A DNA stretch of 62,278 nucleotides. Source: Corallochytrium limacisporum Hawaii. Its lineage: Eukaryota; Protista; Pluriformea. Positions 1-11,683 of this stretch are shown here, one piece after another. The first letter of the stretch is position 1, and the number at the start of each line of letters is the position of its first letter. The notes under the pieces are model-generated. The model ran no database searches. It was not told the DNA's origin and worked only from the letters and a program-made list of their open reading frames with translations. The position numbers were made by a program, and so were the translations under genes. The stretch spans positions 10,849 to 73,126 of the forward strand of contig PDIP01000131.1 in assembly GCA_002811645.1 (NCBI GenBank), in the 5' to 3' direction.

Positions 1-989
1 AATGGAGAAAAAATCAGAATCTCCCTCCTTATATTACGGTGCATGTTTTTAGGCAGATTCCTCCTTAACTTATGGGGCAGAGGTTGGTACCAACCAAGGA
101 ATTCACCTCATCAATTCTTGCTCAGGGAACCCCCCCTCCCGCGCCCTTTCTCTAATAGTAACAGGGGGCCAGACTATTGGCAGCAAACGGGTCGTTGGTT
201 ACTTGGGGTCACTCGGACGGGTAGTGAGTATGTGATCGATATCGAAAACATATTTGATGATACCACTAGTGCAGAGCTCTGACCGAATTATTCGACAAAT
301 CTCGGGTTCTCTATTTTGTTGCACTGCTCTCAATCGGAAGGTGCCCAGCGCTACGGTGTTTGAACCCGGTAGCGAACGAAAACGAGAGCGACAAACCGAA
401 GAACGAGGAATTGAGCCAAATATGGGCATGCAAGCAACAAGACGGGAGAAATGGGAAAGAAAAAGTGGAACAGTCGTCCCAACCGGTGGAGGGTGGCATC
501 CCCGGGCGGGCTTTGTCTTCTAATACATGAGGGAAACGTCTACCCATGAACACCTACATACGAATAAATACAAACGCGTCATAGTAGTGAGCACGAAATG
601 GGCGAAAAGACATTTCTTGGGATGCCATGCGTACTGGTACCGTACTGGTACTGTATGACCGCTATTTCTAAAGATATGAATGCCAGTAGCGGTAGTATGT
701 ACACAGATACCCAAAAATCCCGTCGAAACTTTGTCGGTTCGATCAGCGAGACAGAACACAGACGACGGGAACGCCAACTTCGTTTTCTCAATGAGATTCC
801 CGCCTTACTTCGCTTGGTGGAATCTAGCTCTCGAGACCTTGGAGAGCATGAAATTGATGATCCGGTGTGCTTTGGGTTCCGATTTTGGGTTGCTCTGCAT
901 GCAGCTCTTGATGCGACCGGTATTCATTCAAATTTTAAATGACTGTAAGTACCACACTAATGCAATCGCTTGACAAACTCTGCATATCC

Positions 990-1110
990 ATCATAGTGGA
1001 GTTTGTTTGTTGTTCTCGTTTCCACCGATGGTATTCATACCGTAGTAAGTGAGGACGTGGACGCAATCTTGGTATTCGAACCTTGCCACACCCACAAGGG
1101 CATGGCTTTT
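990..1110 (-). pseudogene. Decayed ankyrin-repeat-like coding remnant
   Basis: Minus-strand frame reads *KSHALVGVARFEYQDCVHVLTYYGMNTIGGNENNKQTPL*W, resembling the ankyrin consensus (ALhxAaxxGhxDcVxxLlxxGaxxxxxxxxxxTPL). It is bounded by in-frame TGA stops. Confidence 0.4.
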
Positions 1111-2317
1111 TCAAAGGCTCAACACAAATGGCTGTTCGGGTTGCCAAGAAAAGCAATTGCTGGAGTATCTCCAAAGCATTACCCTTTTGGTTAGAATGGA
1201 CATGAATTCTGTTGCGGTGATGCTCACTATCGCTCTTCTCTTCGCTTTTCCGACTTGCTCTCGAGCTCCTTCCTCTGACTATCACTTTCCCACCATGTCA
1301 CAGGCACCGTCTCTCAGAGGTACCTCCATTGATGCGCTCAATCCTCTTGTTCACTGTGGGGCTACCGAGCTTGGGGAAGCAAAGGACCATTAATTTTCAC
1401 CGTGATATCGGAATGAAAAATCCAACACGATCGACGTTGTTCGCAACTTCAGATACCTGGTCTGTGGGCACGCCTTTCCCTTGCTCACCGTTCTCCCGAG
1501 ACCAATGCTTTTGCAAACCTTAAAGCGACAGCAAGCAAACGGCTACCCGTGCGCTCTCTCGGTGTGTACGCACCTCTTTAGATCCCCTGCTCGATCAAAC
1601 CATTCCTACCCTGCTTACCATAAACAGCACACTGTGCTGTATTGCCCAGCCTCTTTGGATTCTTCGATAGGACCCCGGGTTTTTGATAAGGAATCCCCGC
1701 TTTTCTCGCTACTGGGCTAGTTGACTATAAAATGACGTCCGCTGAAGGGGGTTGGCAGGTTTTGGAAGGAGTGGATGGTCCGTGATTTCTCCGCGACCAA
1801 CCGCTGATTCAGTTTTTACAGGGCCGTCTGGTGGCAAACCCAGTGCTCGATAAGGAAACCGGTTTATAGATTTGCTGTGGTTCTCTTTAGGGCAGGCTCC
1901 TGCCCTAACAATTGTTTTCAGAATCGATCGTTTCTTTTCTTCCGCACCGATAGTGAACAGGGGTCCGTCCAACGGGCCAACACCAGCCGTAGGATATGCT
2001 TCTGTTCCGCGTACCACATACCACTCTCAGCGTTGCCAATGCACATGGGTTACCGAAGCTAACCATAAGGATAATATATCATCGTCCAGAGTACCCGTCA
2101 GGGCAGTAGGTATTCGCCATCCAAGCCAGTACACGAAGGCCAAGTTGTTAGTCCCTGCACCCCCACGTATTGTTATCATCTGTGATCTTCCGTGGATGCA
2201 AATTCGAGTGTGGTTTGAATTGGTTCAACGAATAAGGAATGAGGTGTACTGTAGAAGATTTGTACGGGCGCATGTGAGCAGGGAAGTGTTCTCTTTGGAG
2301 CTGCACATCGTCCCATT

Positions 2318-2463
2318 CCTACTGGTAGTCTGTGTGGACACCCTACTGGTAGTCCGTGTGGACACCCTTCTGGTAGTCCGTGTGGACACCCTTCTGGTAG
2401 TCCGTATGGACACCCTTCTGGTAGTCCGTGTGGACACCCTTCTCTGCTGGTAGTCCATGTGGA
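2318..2463. repeat. 24-bp minisatellite, ~5.5 copies (TWCTGGTAGTCCGTGTGGACACCC)
   Basis: Direct reading; it produces the LLVVRVDT / QKGVHTDY repeats in spurious ORFs. Most units carry a GTCC-N4-GGAC mini-hairpin. Confidence 0.95.
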
Positions 2464-2967
2464 TCACAATCGGTACGCAAAGGTCTGGATTTCGGGCGCA
2501 GGACCCGAATCGGGAAGGGGCCTATTGGGGGCCTTGCCTGCAAGAGAAAGAGGGGAGAAGGGGGGGGAAGGGGGGGGAAGGAGAGAAGTGGGAACCAGTG
2601 CAAAAAGCTAATGCCCTGCAGTGTCTCTTACATTCCACGACAGCAAAACACATTACGCTTACAGTAAACCTGCCTGACGTTTGGTCCGGTGGGCCACAAG
2701 TAACACTAGTGAACAATACATCAAAAGAGTATTGTCTCGATACAATTGGATAAGATCTGTTTGGTGTGATCGCAGGAAGCATACAGTGCCACCCCAACAA
2801 AGGATTGCAGTCACTCTCACTCTTCAGCGTGAAAGAGCACCTGATGTCGCCACAGAATACGTGTTGGGATAAGGACAAATCGAGTGGGTTGTTAAGAACG
2901 GACGTTGGGGAAGGAGGTCCCTCAGCAGCGATCCTTAAAGCGTGTCGTTCTACCCAACGCATCCATC

Positions 2968-4980
2968 ATGGTTCCAGCATTCTGGGTCCTTGCTGCGGCC
3001 TTTAGTGGCACAGCACTTGCCCAAACGGATCTCGCGTGTTCACTGCCGACTGGAGTTGACCTTACCAATGGTGCTACTCTGTTTTGTACTCGCCAAAGTG
3101 CCAACTTGGGTTGTTCCAGTCTAACCACGGGAGGAGACAACGAGATTATCGCTGCCTACAACGCCGTATTGACCCCGGACGTGCCTTACGACTCTTTGAT
3201 TACCTTGTTCGGTGTCAATGGAGGAGATGCAGGTGAAGATGGCAAGTACGAACCACCAGAGGATGTTCAAACTGTGTTTGGTTGGGATCCATTGTACAAG
3301 GACCAGGGCACACCCGAGCAAGAGCTAAACGGATATACGGTCAAGAACACTCAAGAACCATTGCCGTCTTTCGTATTGTGCAAAGCCTCCAATGGATACA
3401 CTCTGTACTTCAATCCTGCCAATGGAGAGGACGTCATCTGCCCAGATAACAAAGGTATCTCTAACATGATCATATGCTACCCGCCGCAGGCTCCAAACAC
3501 CTGCCAGGACTTCTATGATAGCACTGGATGCGGTGCCGGCACCATGCCGAATGGTAACAACTCCACGGAGTGCGACACGGACGCTGCGTGCCAGAATGAC
3601 TGCTGTGAAGACATTCCAAACACCTGCCAGGACTTCTATGATAACACTGGATGCGGTGCCGGCACCATGCCGAATGGTAACAACTCCACGGAGTGCGACA
3701 CGGACGCTGCGTGCCAGAATGACTGCTGTGAAGACATTCCAAACACCTGCCAGGACTTCTATGATAACACTGGATGCGGTGCCGGCACCATGCCGAATGG
3801 TAACAACTCCACGGAGTGCGACACGGACGCTGCGTGCCAGAATGACTGCTGTGAAGACATTCCAAACACCTGCCAGGACTTCTATGATAACACTGGATGC
3901 GGTGCCGGCACCATGCCGAATGGTAACAACTCCACGGAGTGCGACACGGACGCTGCGTGCCAGAATGACTGCTGTGAAGACNNNNNNNNNNNNNNNNNNN
4001 NNNNNNNNNNNNNNNNNNNNNNNNNNNNNNNNNNNNNNNNNNNNNNNNNNNNNNNNNNNNNNNNNNNNNNNNNNNNNNNNNNNNNNNNNNNNNNNNNNNN
4101 NNNNNNNNNNNNNNNNNNNNNNNNNNNNNNNNNNNNNNNNNNNNNNNNNNNNNNNNNNNNNNNNNNNNNNNNNNNNNNNNNNNNNNNNNNNNNNNNNNNN
4201 NNNNNNNNNNNNNNNNNNNNNNNNNNNNNNNNNNNNNNNNNNNNNNNNNNNNNNNNNNNNNNNNNNNNNNNNNNNNNNNNNNNNNNNNNNNNNNNNNNNN
4301 NNNNNNNNNNNNNNNNNNNNNNNNNNNNNNNNNNNNNNNNNNNNNNNNNNNNNNNNNNNNNNNNNNNNNNNNNNNNNNNNNNNNNNNNNNNNNNNNNNNN
4401 NNNNNNNNNNNNNNNNNNNNNNNNNNNNNNNNNNNNNNNNNNNNNNNNNNNNNNNNNNNNNNNNNNNNNNNNNNNNNNNNNNNNNNNNNNNNNNNNNNNN
4501 NNNNNNNNNNNNNNNNNNNNNNNNNNNNNNNNNNNNGGTGCCGGCACCATGCCGAATGGTAACAACTCCACGGAGTGCGACACGGACGCTGCGTGCCAGA
4601 ATGACTGCTGTGAAGACATTCCACCTACTTGTGCGGACTACTATGAGTCCCCGGGCTGTCTTCCTGGCAGTGACCCGATCGGGGATGAGGAACTTGTTTG
4701 TGGAGAGTTCTGTCAGGAATTGTGCTGTGAGGCCATGGGATCGGGTGGTGTTGTCCCTGATGATGACGACGCCAGCCAAGGTGACGGTTCGAGCCAGACA
4801 ACGGGTTCCGGCGATGACGGAACCAGTCAACTGTCTTCTTCAGCGACAACTATAATAAGTGCTACGGTAGCTGCTGTGGTCGGCATTGCTACTATTGCTG
4901 TAATTGCTGGCTATGCTTACAAGAAGCGGGGGCAAGCTGCGAGACATGAGGATTCCATCAGCATCCCAGAGGCTGCCTAA
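2968..4980 (+). CDS. Cys-rich tandem-repeat type-I membrane/surface protein (acidic paralog)
   Basis: ATG at 2968 begins a signal peptide (MVPAFWVLAAAFSGTALA). It is followed by a unique Cys-containing N-domain, 41-aa six-Cys repeats, a Ser/Gly/Asp linker, a TM helix (IISATVAAVVGIATIAVIAGYAY), a KKR stop-transfer and a short tail. Spans N-gap 3982-4536. Confidence 0.88.
   Translation: MVPAFWVLAAAFSGTALAQTDLACSLPTGVDLTNGATLFCTRQSANLGCSSLTTGGDNEIIAAYNAVLTPDVPYDSLITLFGVNGGDAGEDGKYEPPEDVQTVFGWDPLYKDQGTPEQELNGYTVKNTQEPLPSFVLCKASNGYTLYFNPANGEDVICPDNKGISNMIICYPPQAPNTCQDFYDSTGCGAGTMPNGNNSTECDTDAACQNDCCEDIPNTCQDFYDNTGCGAGTMPNGNNSTECDTDAACQNDCCEDIPNTCQDFYDNTGCGAGTMPNGNNSTECDTDAACQNDCCEDIPNTCQDFYDNTGCGAGTMPNGNNSTECDTDAACQNDCCEDXXXXXXXXXXXXXXXXXXXXXXXXXXXXXXXXXXXXXXXXXXXXXXXXXXXXXXXXXXXXXXXXXXXXXXXXXXXXXXXXXXXXXXXXXXXXXXXXXXXXXXXXXXXXXXXXXXXXXXXXXXXXXXXXXXXXXXXXXXXXXXXXXXXXXXXXXXXXXXXXXXXXXXXXXXXXXXXXXXXXXXXXXGAGTMPNGNNSTECDTDAACQNDCCEDIPPTCADYYESPGCLPGSDPIGDEELVCGEFCQELCCEAMGSGGVVPDDDDASQGDGSSQTTGSGDDGTSQLSSSATTIISATVAAVVGIATIAVIAGYAYKKRGQAARHEDSISIPEAA
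3493..4623 (+). repeat. 123-bp coding tandem repeat (PNTCQDFYDNTGCGAGTMPNGNNSTECDTDAACQNDCCEDI)
   Basis: Units start at 3493, 3616, 3739 and 3862 and are near-identical at DNA level. The array resumes after the N-gap; true copy number is unresolved. Confidence 0.95.
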
Positions 4981-6106
4981 AGGGAGTATCCAATGGTCAA
5001 ATTATCATACCTTAAACTATAAATCCAGCCACCTAAAATTTTAAAACACAGATATTTAATGCCAATCGAGAACGAGTGGCGAACTTAATCTTAATGGCGC
5101 ATTAGCCGAACATGTTCCAATCAGCAATACAGTTGGCATCTTATTAACATCAGATCCATGTTTAGGTAAACTGTGCAGAACTTTTATGTCACATCACTAA
5201 TGTTGCAAAAATGCACTGGACGTCCAATGTCAAAGACCCGCCAGTGGGTCTCTGGACACTCTGATGTGCAAAGATAAGTGGGGTCGTTGGTGTGAATCCC
5301 AGTTCTGTGGCATGTAAATGAGGGACTGCGGGGTTAGCGACGGTGCTTAGGGTCCTTCAAGTCAGCATGTTGCCAAATTACGAACCTACTGCGCATGACA
5401 CGGGGATTGCTCGCAAATCCAACTCACAAGCAGTCGGCGACCTGGTCGAGTACTGTGCTTTGACAGAGAGATATATGGGGAGTGAGCCCCAGTGATGCCA
5501 AACGAGGCAAGCGCCCGGCCCGCCCACATCCCTCTCCCGCAGGAGGCTGTGGGAATTCAGACCCCAACTCTGGAATTCCGCAAGCCTGCCGCAGTGTGCC
5601 ACTTACGAGCGACCTTACAACCACTTCGAGTGCTTGCTGTTGGCCGTGTCATTTGGATCGAAATCCAAAACCACAGAATGTTCGACCATGCAAAGAATCT
5701 GTCTCGTCAACTATGCTCCTATCAACGGCGAGAAACGGCATTGAATTTGACCTTCTTTGAGCTTCATGGGTAGGCAGAACTAGGGTTCAACATGCAACTC
5801 ACCGCCTAAAACCGGAAACACAGCCCCCACATTCTCTTAAGTAACATACACCCCCGGCAACATTCCAGTGCGCAATGTACCCCTGAATTCCACTTACACA
5901 GAACGGTAGTGGCGTTTCGATTACTGCGTCCTTCGAAGGCACTCCCTGCGCTCATCTCGCGGATCCCCCACTGGCTCCTTGGCCCCACCTTCGATCCACA
6001 CACACACAACATAACACACACACTGGGCCTCTATTAGCGGCAAGGCATCCAAGCCATCCATAACCGATTTCCACCCTGTCCAATTCTTGCACTGCGCGAC
6101 ACGGAG

Positions 6107-7865
6107 ACGAGGAGGGTACCCACCTGAGACGAGTAGGGCTGCTCGGCAAAACTTGGCCACCGCATTCCTTCTTGGGCCCCCAGCGTGCGCAGAGTAAACT
6201 GACACACATTCCAGAAGATCATACCCAGGACATGTACTTTGGACAATTTCTTGCCTAATTAGCTCACCGGACGACACCACCAATTGGAAAGCATATCAAT
6301 CAATCTTGCTGATGTCTGCATAATTATGTATGTGATCGTCCACTGCGATTATTTACGCTTGCGCGGTCGCACCCCTCTATTATTCACCACGCACGGTCCG
6401 TCCTCCCGCCCCCCTCCACGCAACGAGAGAATAGACACTGGGGCCGTGGGCGGGTGTCAAAACTACGTAGTGGCCGTGTTGCGTGCTTACTCCGGCTGGA
6501 GAACGAATGTGGTGCCGCCGGGTGGAAAAACATGAACCCGTAACCCAAAAATCGAATTGATTAGGGCAGACATATCATAAGGATCGAAGTTGGTGCCGCG
6601 GGATTTTGGCAGGAAGAAGAAAATTGTTGTATTTGGGGTTGTTGGGTGTCCGCAATGTCGCAAAACCTAAGCACACTTGGTCCTCACACCCTGAAACCGC
6701 AGTGTACCTGATCGGGTAAAGAGGGCCAATGCGGACCGGACCTTAAGAGGGGGGGGGCACGGAAACTTTCGTCGGCGGTTGTCCCCTGGTCGGTCCGCGA
6801 AAGAATAATCGCCATCTCTGGACACCAATAGGTTTGTTTTGATAATATTTGGTACGTGTTTTGCTTTTCCGAAGAATATGAATAAATGCCAATTGTCACC
6901 CCAAAACGAAACGTAAACAACCGACCAAAAAAACCCGCAATCAGAGAAGACTTTTGTCTATGGCTCAGCACGAATAACCAGGACACGAGGAGGGTACCCA
7001 CCTGAGACGAGTAGGGCTGCTCGGCAAAACTTGGCCACCGCATTCCTTCTTGGGCCCCCAGCGTGCGCAGAGTAAACTGACACACATTCCAGAAGATCAT
7101 ACCCAGGACATGTACTTTGGACAATTTCTTGCCTAATTAGCTCACCGGACGACACCACCAATTGGAAAGCATATCAATCAATCTTGCTGATGTCTGCATA
7201 ATTATGTATGTGATCGTCCACTGCGATTATTTACGCTTGCGCGGTCGCACCCCTCTATTATTCACCACGCACGGTCCGTCCTCCCGCCCCCCTCCACGCA
7301 ACGAGAGAATAGACACTGGGGCCGTGGGCGGGTGTCAAAACTACGTAGTGGCCGTGTTGCGTGCTTACTCCGGCTGGAGAACGAATGTGGTGCCGCCGGG
7401 TGGAAAAACATGAACCCGTAACCCAAAAATCGAATTGATTAGGGCAGACATATCATAAGGATCGAAGTTGGTGCCGCGGGATTTTGGCAGGAAGAAGAAA
7501 ATTGTTGTATTTGGGGTTGTTGGGTGTCCGCAATGTCGCAAAACCTAAGCACACTTGGTCCTCACACCCTGAAACCGCAGTGTACCTGATCGGGTAAAGA
7601 GGGCCAATGCGGACCGGACCTTAAGAGGGGGGGGGCACGGAAACTTTCGTCGGCGGTTGTCCCCTGGTCGGTCCGCGAAAGAATAATCGCCATCTCTGGA
7701 CACCAATAGGTTTGTTTTGATAATATTTGGTACGTGTTTTGCTTTTCCGAAGAATATGAATAAATGCCAATTGTCACCCCAAAACGAAACGTAAACAACC
7801 GACCAAAAAAACCCGCAATCAGAGAAGACTTTTGTCTATGGCTCAGCACGAATAACCAGGACACG
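6107..7865. repeat. Exact 878-bp tandem duplication (6107-6984 = 6985-7862)
   Basis: Identical ORF translations at 6284 and 7162 (offset 878); identity holds wherever compared, including a G9 run. ACG microhomology at the junction. Confidence 0.95.
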
Positions 7866-9328
7866 GCCAAGGGTCCACACGCGGCCCTCCCCCTTCTTTG
7901 GGTCAGGTGAAACATTGGCTGCTGAGGACGGGCTTGGGTACGCAGGTACCATTATTGGCACTGTTTTGAAACAACGGAACTAATACTATGTATTACCATC
8001 AAAAACTTGAACCACCACCTGTGGCGCGAAATGTTTTGCTCTTATGTAGTTTTGCCTCGCTTTCCCCAGCACTGGCGCAGACCTTTACCCGGCGTAAGGA
8101 TGCGCAAATGTATCGTCCTTTTTGCCGCAGCAACGGGCACACAGCACAGGGTGCTCGCTCAGTCGCCTGTGTGTTATGCTTTCTGTGTGCGGACCCAGTC
8201 CTGTGAGTGTCTTTATAATATAGCTCAATATCCTCCTCATTGTCCCCTTCGTTCCTGTTGCTCGCGAGCTTGCTGTATCTGAACCATCAATTCATACCAT
8301 GCTGAGCCATGTTACCAAAGTTGTATGCACAAGAGACACCAACCAACCTGCACACTGTAGAAATGTAACAACTCCACGGTCGGAGAACAATTCTGTCACG
8401 GCAACACACTGCAAGAGAAAACAAACTGTCGACGTATTCTACTACATTTACCTAGTCTGGGCACGCTCCGCCGGCTCAGGAGCTGTGCTTGCGGGCACAG
8501 ACAGTACGATCCACCCAGAAGGAAGAGGCACGGTCCGTGCTCTCTTGCTCCGAGTGAACACGGCTTGGGACATTATTCGATCATTTGGTTGGTATCGCTT
8601 CTTACCTTCTTTGCCATAAATGGAATCCTCTCCCTCCCTCCCACTGTCATTCCATTTGCCGCTTCGTTTGATTTGGTGACAATGTATAGTGCACTGTCCT
8701 TTTGCTTGGATCGATAGAGTGTGATTTGCCGTGGTCCTGGAAAGTGGAATGTCTTCGATTTTCTGCGCACTTTTGTTTGGGTCCCCGTTCGTGCTCGCTT
8801 TGGTTGACGTTTGGCTCAAATCGGGACATGGTGAAGTGTCTATGATCACAACGTGGATGCCCCATCGAGGTGGGGTGAAGAGGAGTCAGGGAGCAGGTTT
8901 CAGGGAGGGAGAAGGGAACGGGGGAAAAGGCAGAACGGCGGACATTTAAGTGTGTATCACAATCAAATGCAACCGGATAACGGTGCTACAGTCAGACGGC
9001 AAATGAATTGAAGAAACCTCTGGGAGTGCATCACACGAGAATCAGCTAGGAATCACAGGGCTGCTTTGCCAACACAGCTGGAGAGTCTTGCTCTGTAAAG
9101 TCTGTGATCAACGTACCTGTGGCCCATCAGAGAGGAACGCAACTCTCTACAGCGGAAGTACAATACTGGTGTCCCCAGAAATTAAGTATGATGAGGAGGC
9201 AATCACTTCATCACCTCTTTTGTAATGTTGGTCAGATCACAGGATCAGGTGCTTAAGGCCAGAAATTTGGGAATTGTATACTTTGGCAACGATTAGTTAC
9301 TCCTATTGGCTTGTTCAATATCGCAGAG

Positions 9329-11361
9329 ATGAGGACGACGTTGTGGCTCATTGTCGCTGTTACCCTCTGGGGTACTACGACTGCTACCTCTGGAAAAACT
9401 TGTCACGATTTCTTTGGCGCCGAAGGCTGTAGATCTGGAACCTTTGCACTCGGAGACCCTGTCAAAGAGTGTGATAATCACAGACAAGCATCTTGCCAGG
9501 ACGTCTGCTGCGGTGATCGAGAAACTTGTCGGTACTTCTATGACCATGACGGCTGTAAGTCTGGTACCACTCCAAATAACAACTTTGGTGCCACCTGCGG
9601 CAAATACGGAAAGCCTTGTCAAGAAGTGTGCTGCAAACCCAAACACAAGTGCGAGAATTGCAAGGATTTCTACGACGACGACGGTTGTAAAGATGGTACC
9701 GTTCCAAACAATAATGATCATGCAAAGTGTGGCACACTGTTCAAGCCTTGCCAGAAGATCTGCTGCAAAACTGAGAAGACTTGTGCAAACTTCTACAAGG
9801 ACGACCGTTGTGACCGTGGCACCGTTCCCAACGGCGACAACGACGCCAAGTGCGGTACTTACGGCCACCCGCCGTGTCAGAAAGTCTGCTGCAAACACGA
9901 AACTTGCAAGGACTTTTACAAGGACGATAAATGCAAGAGTGGTACCGTTCCAAACAATGATAAGGATGCTCAATGTGGTACACTGTTCAAGCCTTGCCAG
10001 AACATCTGCTGCAAACCAGAAACGTGCACGGACTTCTACAAGGACGATAAATGCAAGAGTGGTACCGTTCCGAACGGTAATAAGGATGCCAAGTGCGGCA
10101 CGCTGTTCAAGCCTTGCCAGAAGATCTGCTGTGAGCCCGAGGAGACTTGCAAGGACTTCTACAAGGACGATAAATGCAAGCGTGGCACCATNNNNNNNNN
10201 NNNNNNNNNNNNNNNNNNNNNNNNNNNNNNNNNNNNNNNNNNNNNNNNNNNNNNNNNNNNNNNNNNNNNNNNNNNNNNNNNNNNNNNNNNNNNNNNNNNN
10301 NNNNNNNNNNNNNNNNNNNNNNNNNNNNNNNNNNGCTGAAGCCTTGCCAGAAGATCTGCTGTGAGCCCGAGGAGACTTGCAAGGACTTCTACAAGGACGA
10401 TAAATGCAAGCGTGGCACCATTCCCAACGGCGACAAAGACGCCAAGTGCGGCACTCCCGGCTATCCACCTTGTCAGGAAGTCTGCTGCAAAGAAGAAACT
10501 TGCAAGGACTTCTACAAGGACGATAAATGCAAGAGTGGTACCGTTCCGAACGGCAACAAGGATGCCCAGTGCGGCACGCTGCTGAAGCCTTGCCAGAAGA
10601 TCTGCTGTGAGCCCGAGGAGACTTGCAAGGACTTCTACAAGGACGATAAATGCAAGCGTGGCACCGTTCCCAACGGCGACAAAGACGCCAAGTGCGGCAC
10701 TTACGGCTATCCGCCGTGTCAGGAAGTCTGCTGTGAGAGGAAGGAGACTTGCAAGTCTTTCTACAAGAACGACGGTTGTGAGCGTGGTACGGTTCCAAAC
10801 GATGACAACGACGCCAAGTGCGGTACTCCCGGCTATCCGCCTTGTCAGGAAGTCTGCTGCAAAGAAGAAACTTGCAAGTACTTCTACAAGAATGATAAAT
10901 GCAAGAGTGGTACCGTTCCGAACGGCGACAAGGATGCCCAGTGCGGCACGCTGCTGAAGCCTTGTCAGGACATCTGCTGTGAGCCCGAGGAGACTTGCAG
11001 AATCTATTATGACACTACCGGATGCTTGCCTGGCAGTGATCCAAACGATCACTATGACGTTGTTTGTGGCGACCGCTGCCAGGAGCTGTGCTGCGAGGGC
11101 ATGCATTCTGGCGGTGCGTCCCCTGACGATGACGACCCCGGCCAAGGCAGTGACTCAAGCCAGACCACTGGCTCCGCTGATGACGGGAACAGTCAAATCA
11201 CTTCTTCCACTACAACTATAATTAGTGCTACGGTCGCTGCTGTGGTTGGAACTGTGGCCATTGCTGCGGTTGCGGGCTATGCTTACAAGAAGCGCCGTGA
11301 CGCTGCCGGACATGAGGATTCCGCCAGTATTCCCGATGACGCCTCTGCGCCCGCGGCGTAG
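9329..11361 (+). CDS. Cys-rich tandem-repeat type-I membrane/surface protein (Lys/Asp-rich paralog)
   Basis: ATG at 9329 begins a signal peptide (MRTTLWLIVAVTLWGTTTA), followed by more than 12 six-Cys modules (TCxxFYxxDxCxxGTVPNxxxDAxCG...PCQxxCC). Linker, TM and tail resemble those of the 2968 gene. The frame change lies inside N-gap 10192-10334. Confidence 0.88.
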
Positions 11362-11683
11362 AGGATGAGCTCATTCCCTGCGTTTACAAATTATCAAGGG
11401 GACATTCTGCTCCTCTTGTTGTAACCTGAAATAAACCAGCTATTCGATTTGTAAGCTTGGGACCCAATTAACCGTACAAAATACTCGACTGTCGCACAAG
11501 AGAAGTCGTAGTATTTCGCTAAACTCATATTATCGCACATATACAAGCAAGCAAGCAATGTCCGTTCGCAATGAAACTCGTTTCGTGATCACAGCATCCT
11601 TATTTCATGCAAAATGAACGTCTGCGTCCCGCCGTCCCACTCTATATGATCAAGTTTAGTCTATTTGGTTTCGCTCTTCCCAT

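Noticed and set aside
2318-2463. CRISPR array or coding repeat (ORF 1872-2453)
   Set aside because: It is a simple 24-bp minisatellite; the surrounding ORF has no recognisable protein features.
3325-4855. Long antisense/alternate-frame ORFs over the Cys-repeat, PhyH and CK2 genes
   Set aside because: These are shadow ORFs produced by codon bias and repeat structure.
6284-6535. Duplicated 83-aa ORF (also at 7162-7413)
   Set aside because: TTG start and no protein-like features; it is duplicated only because of the 878-bp repeat.
10174-10364. Apparent frameshift in the second Cys-repeat gene
   Set aside because: The frame change falls inside an N-gap of estimated length, so it is not evidence of a real lesion.
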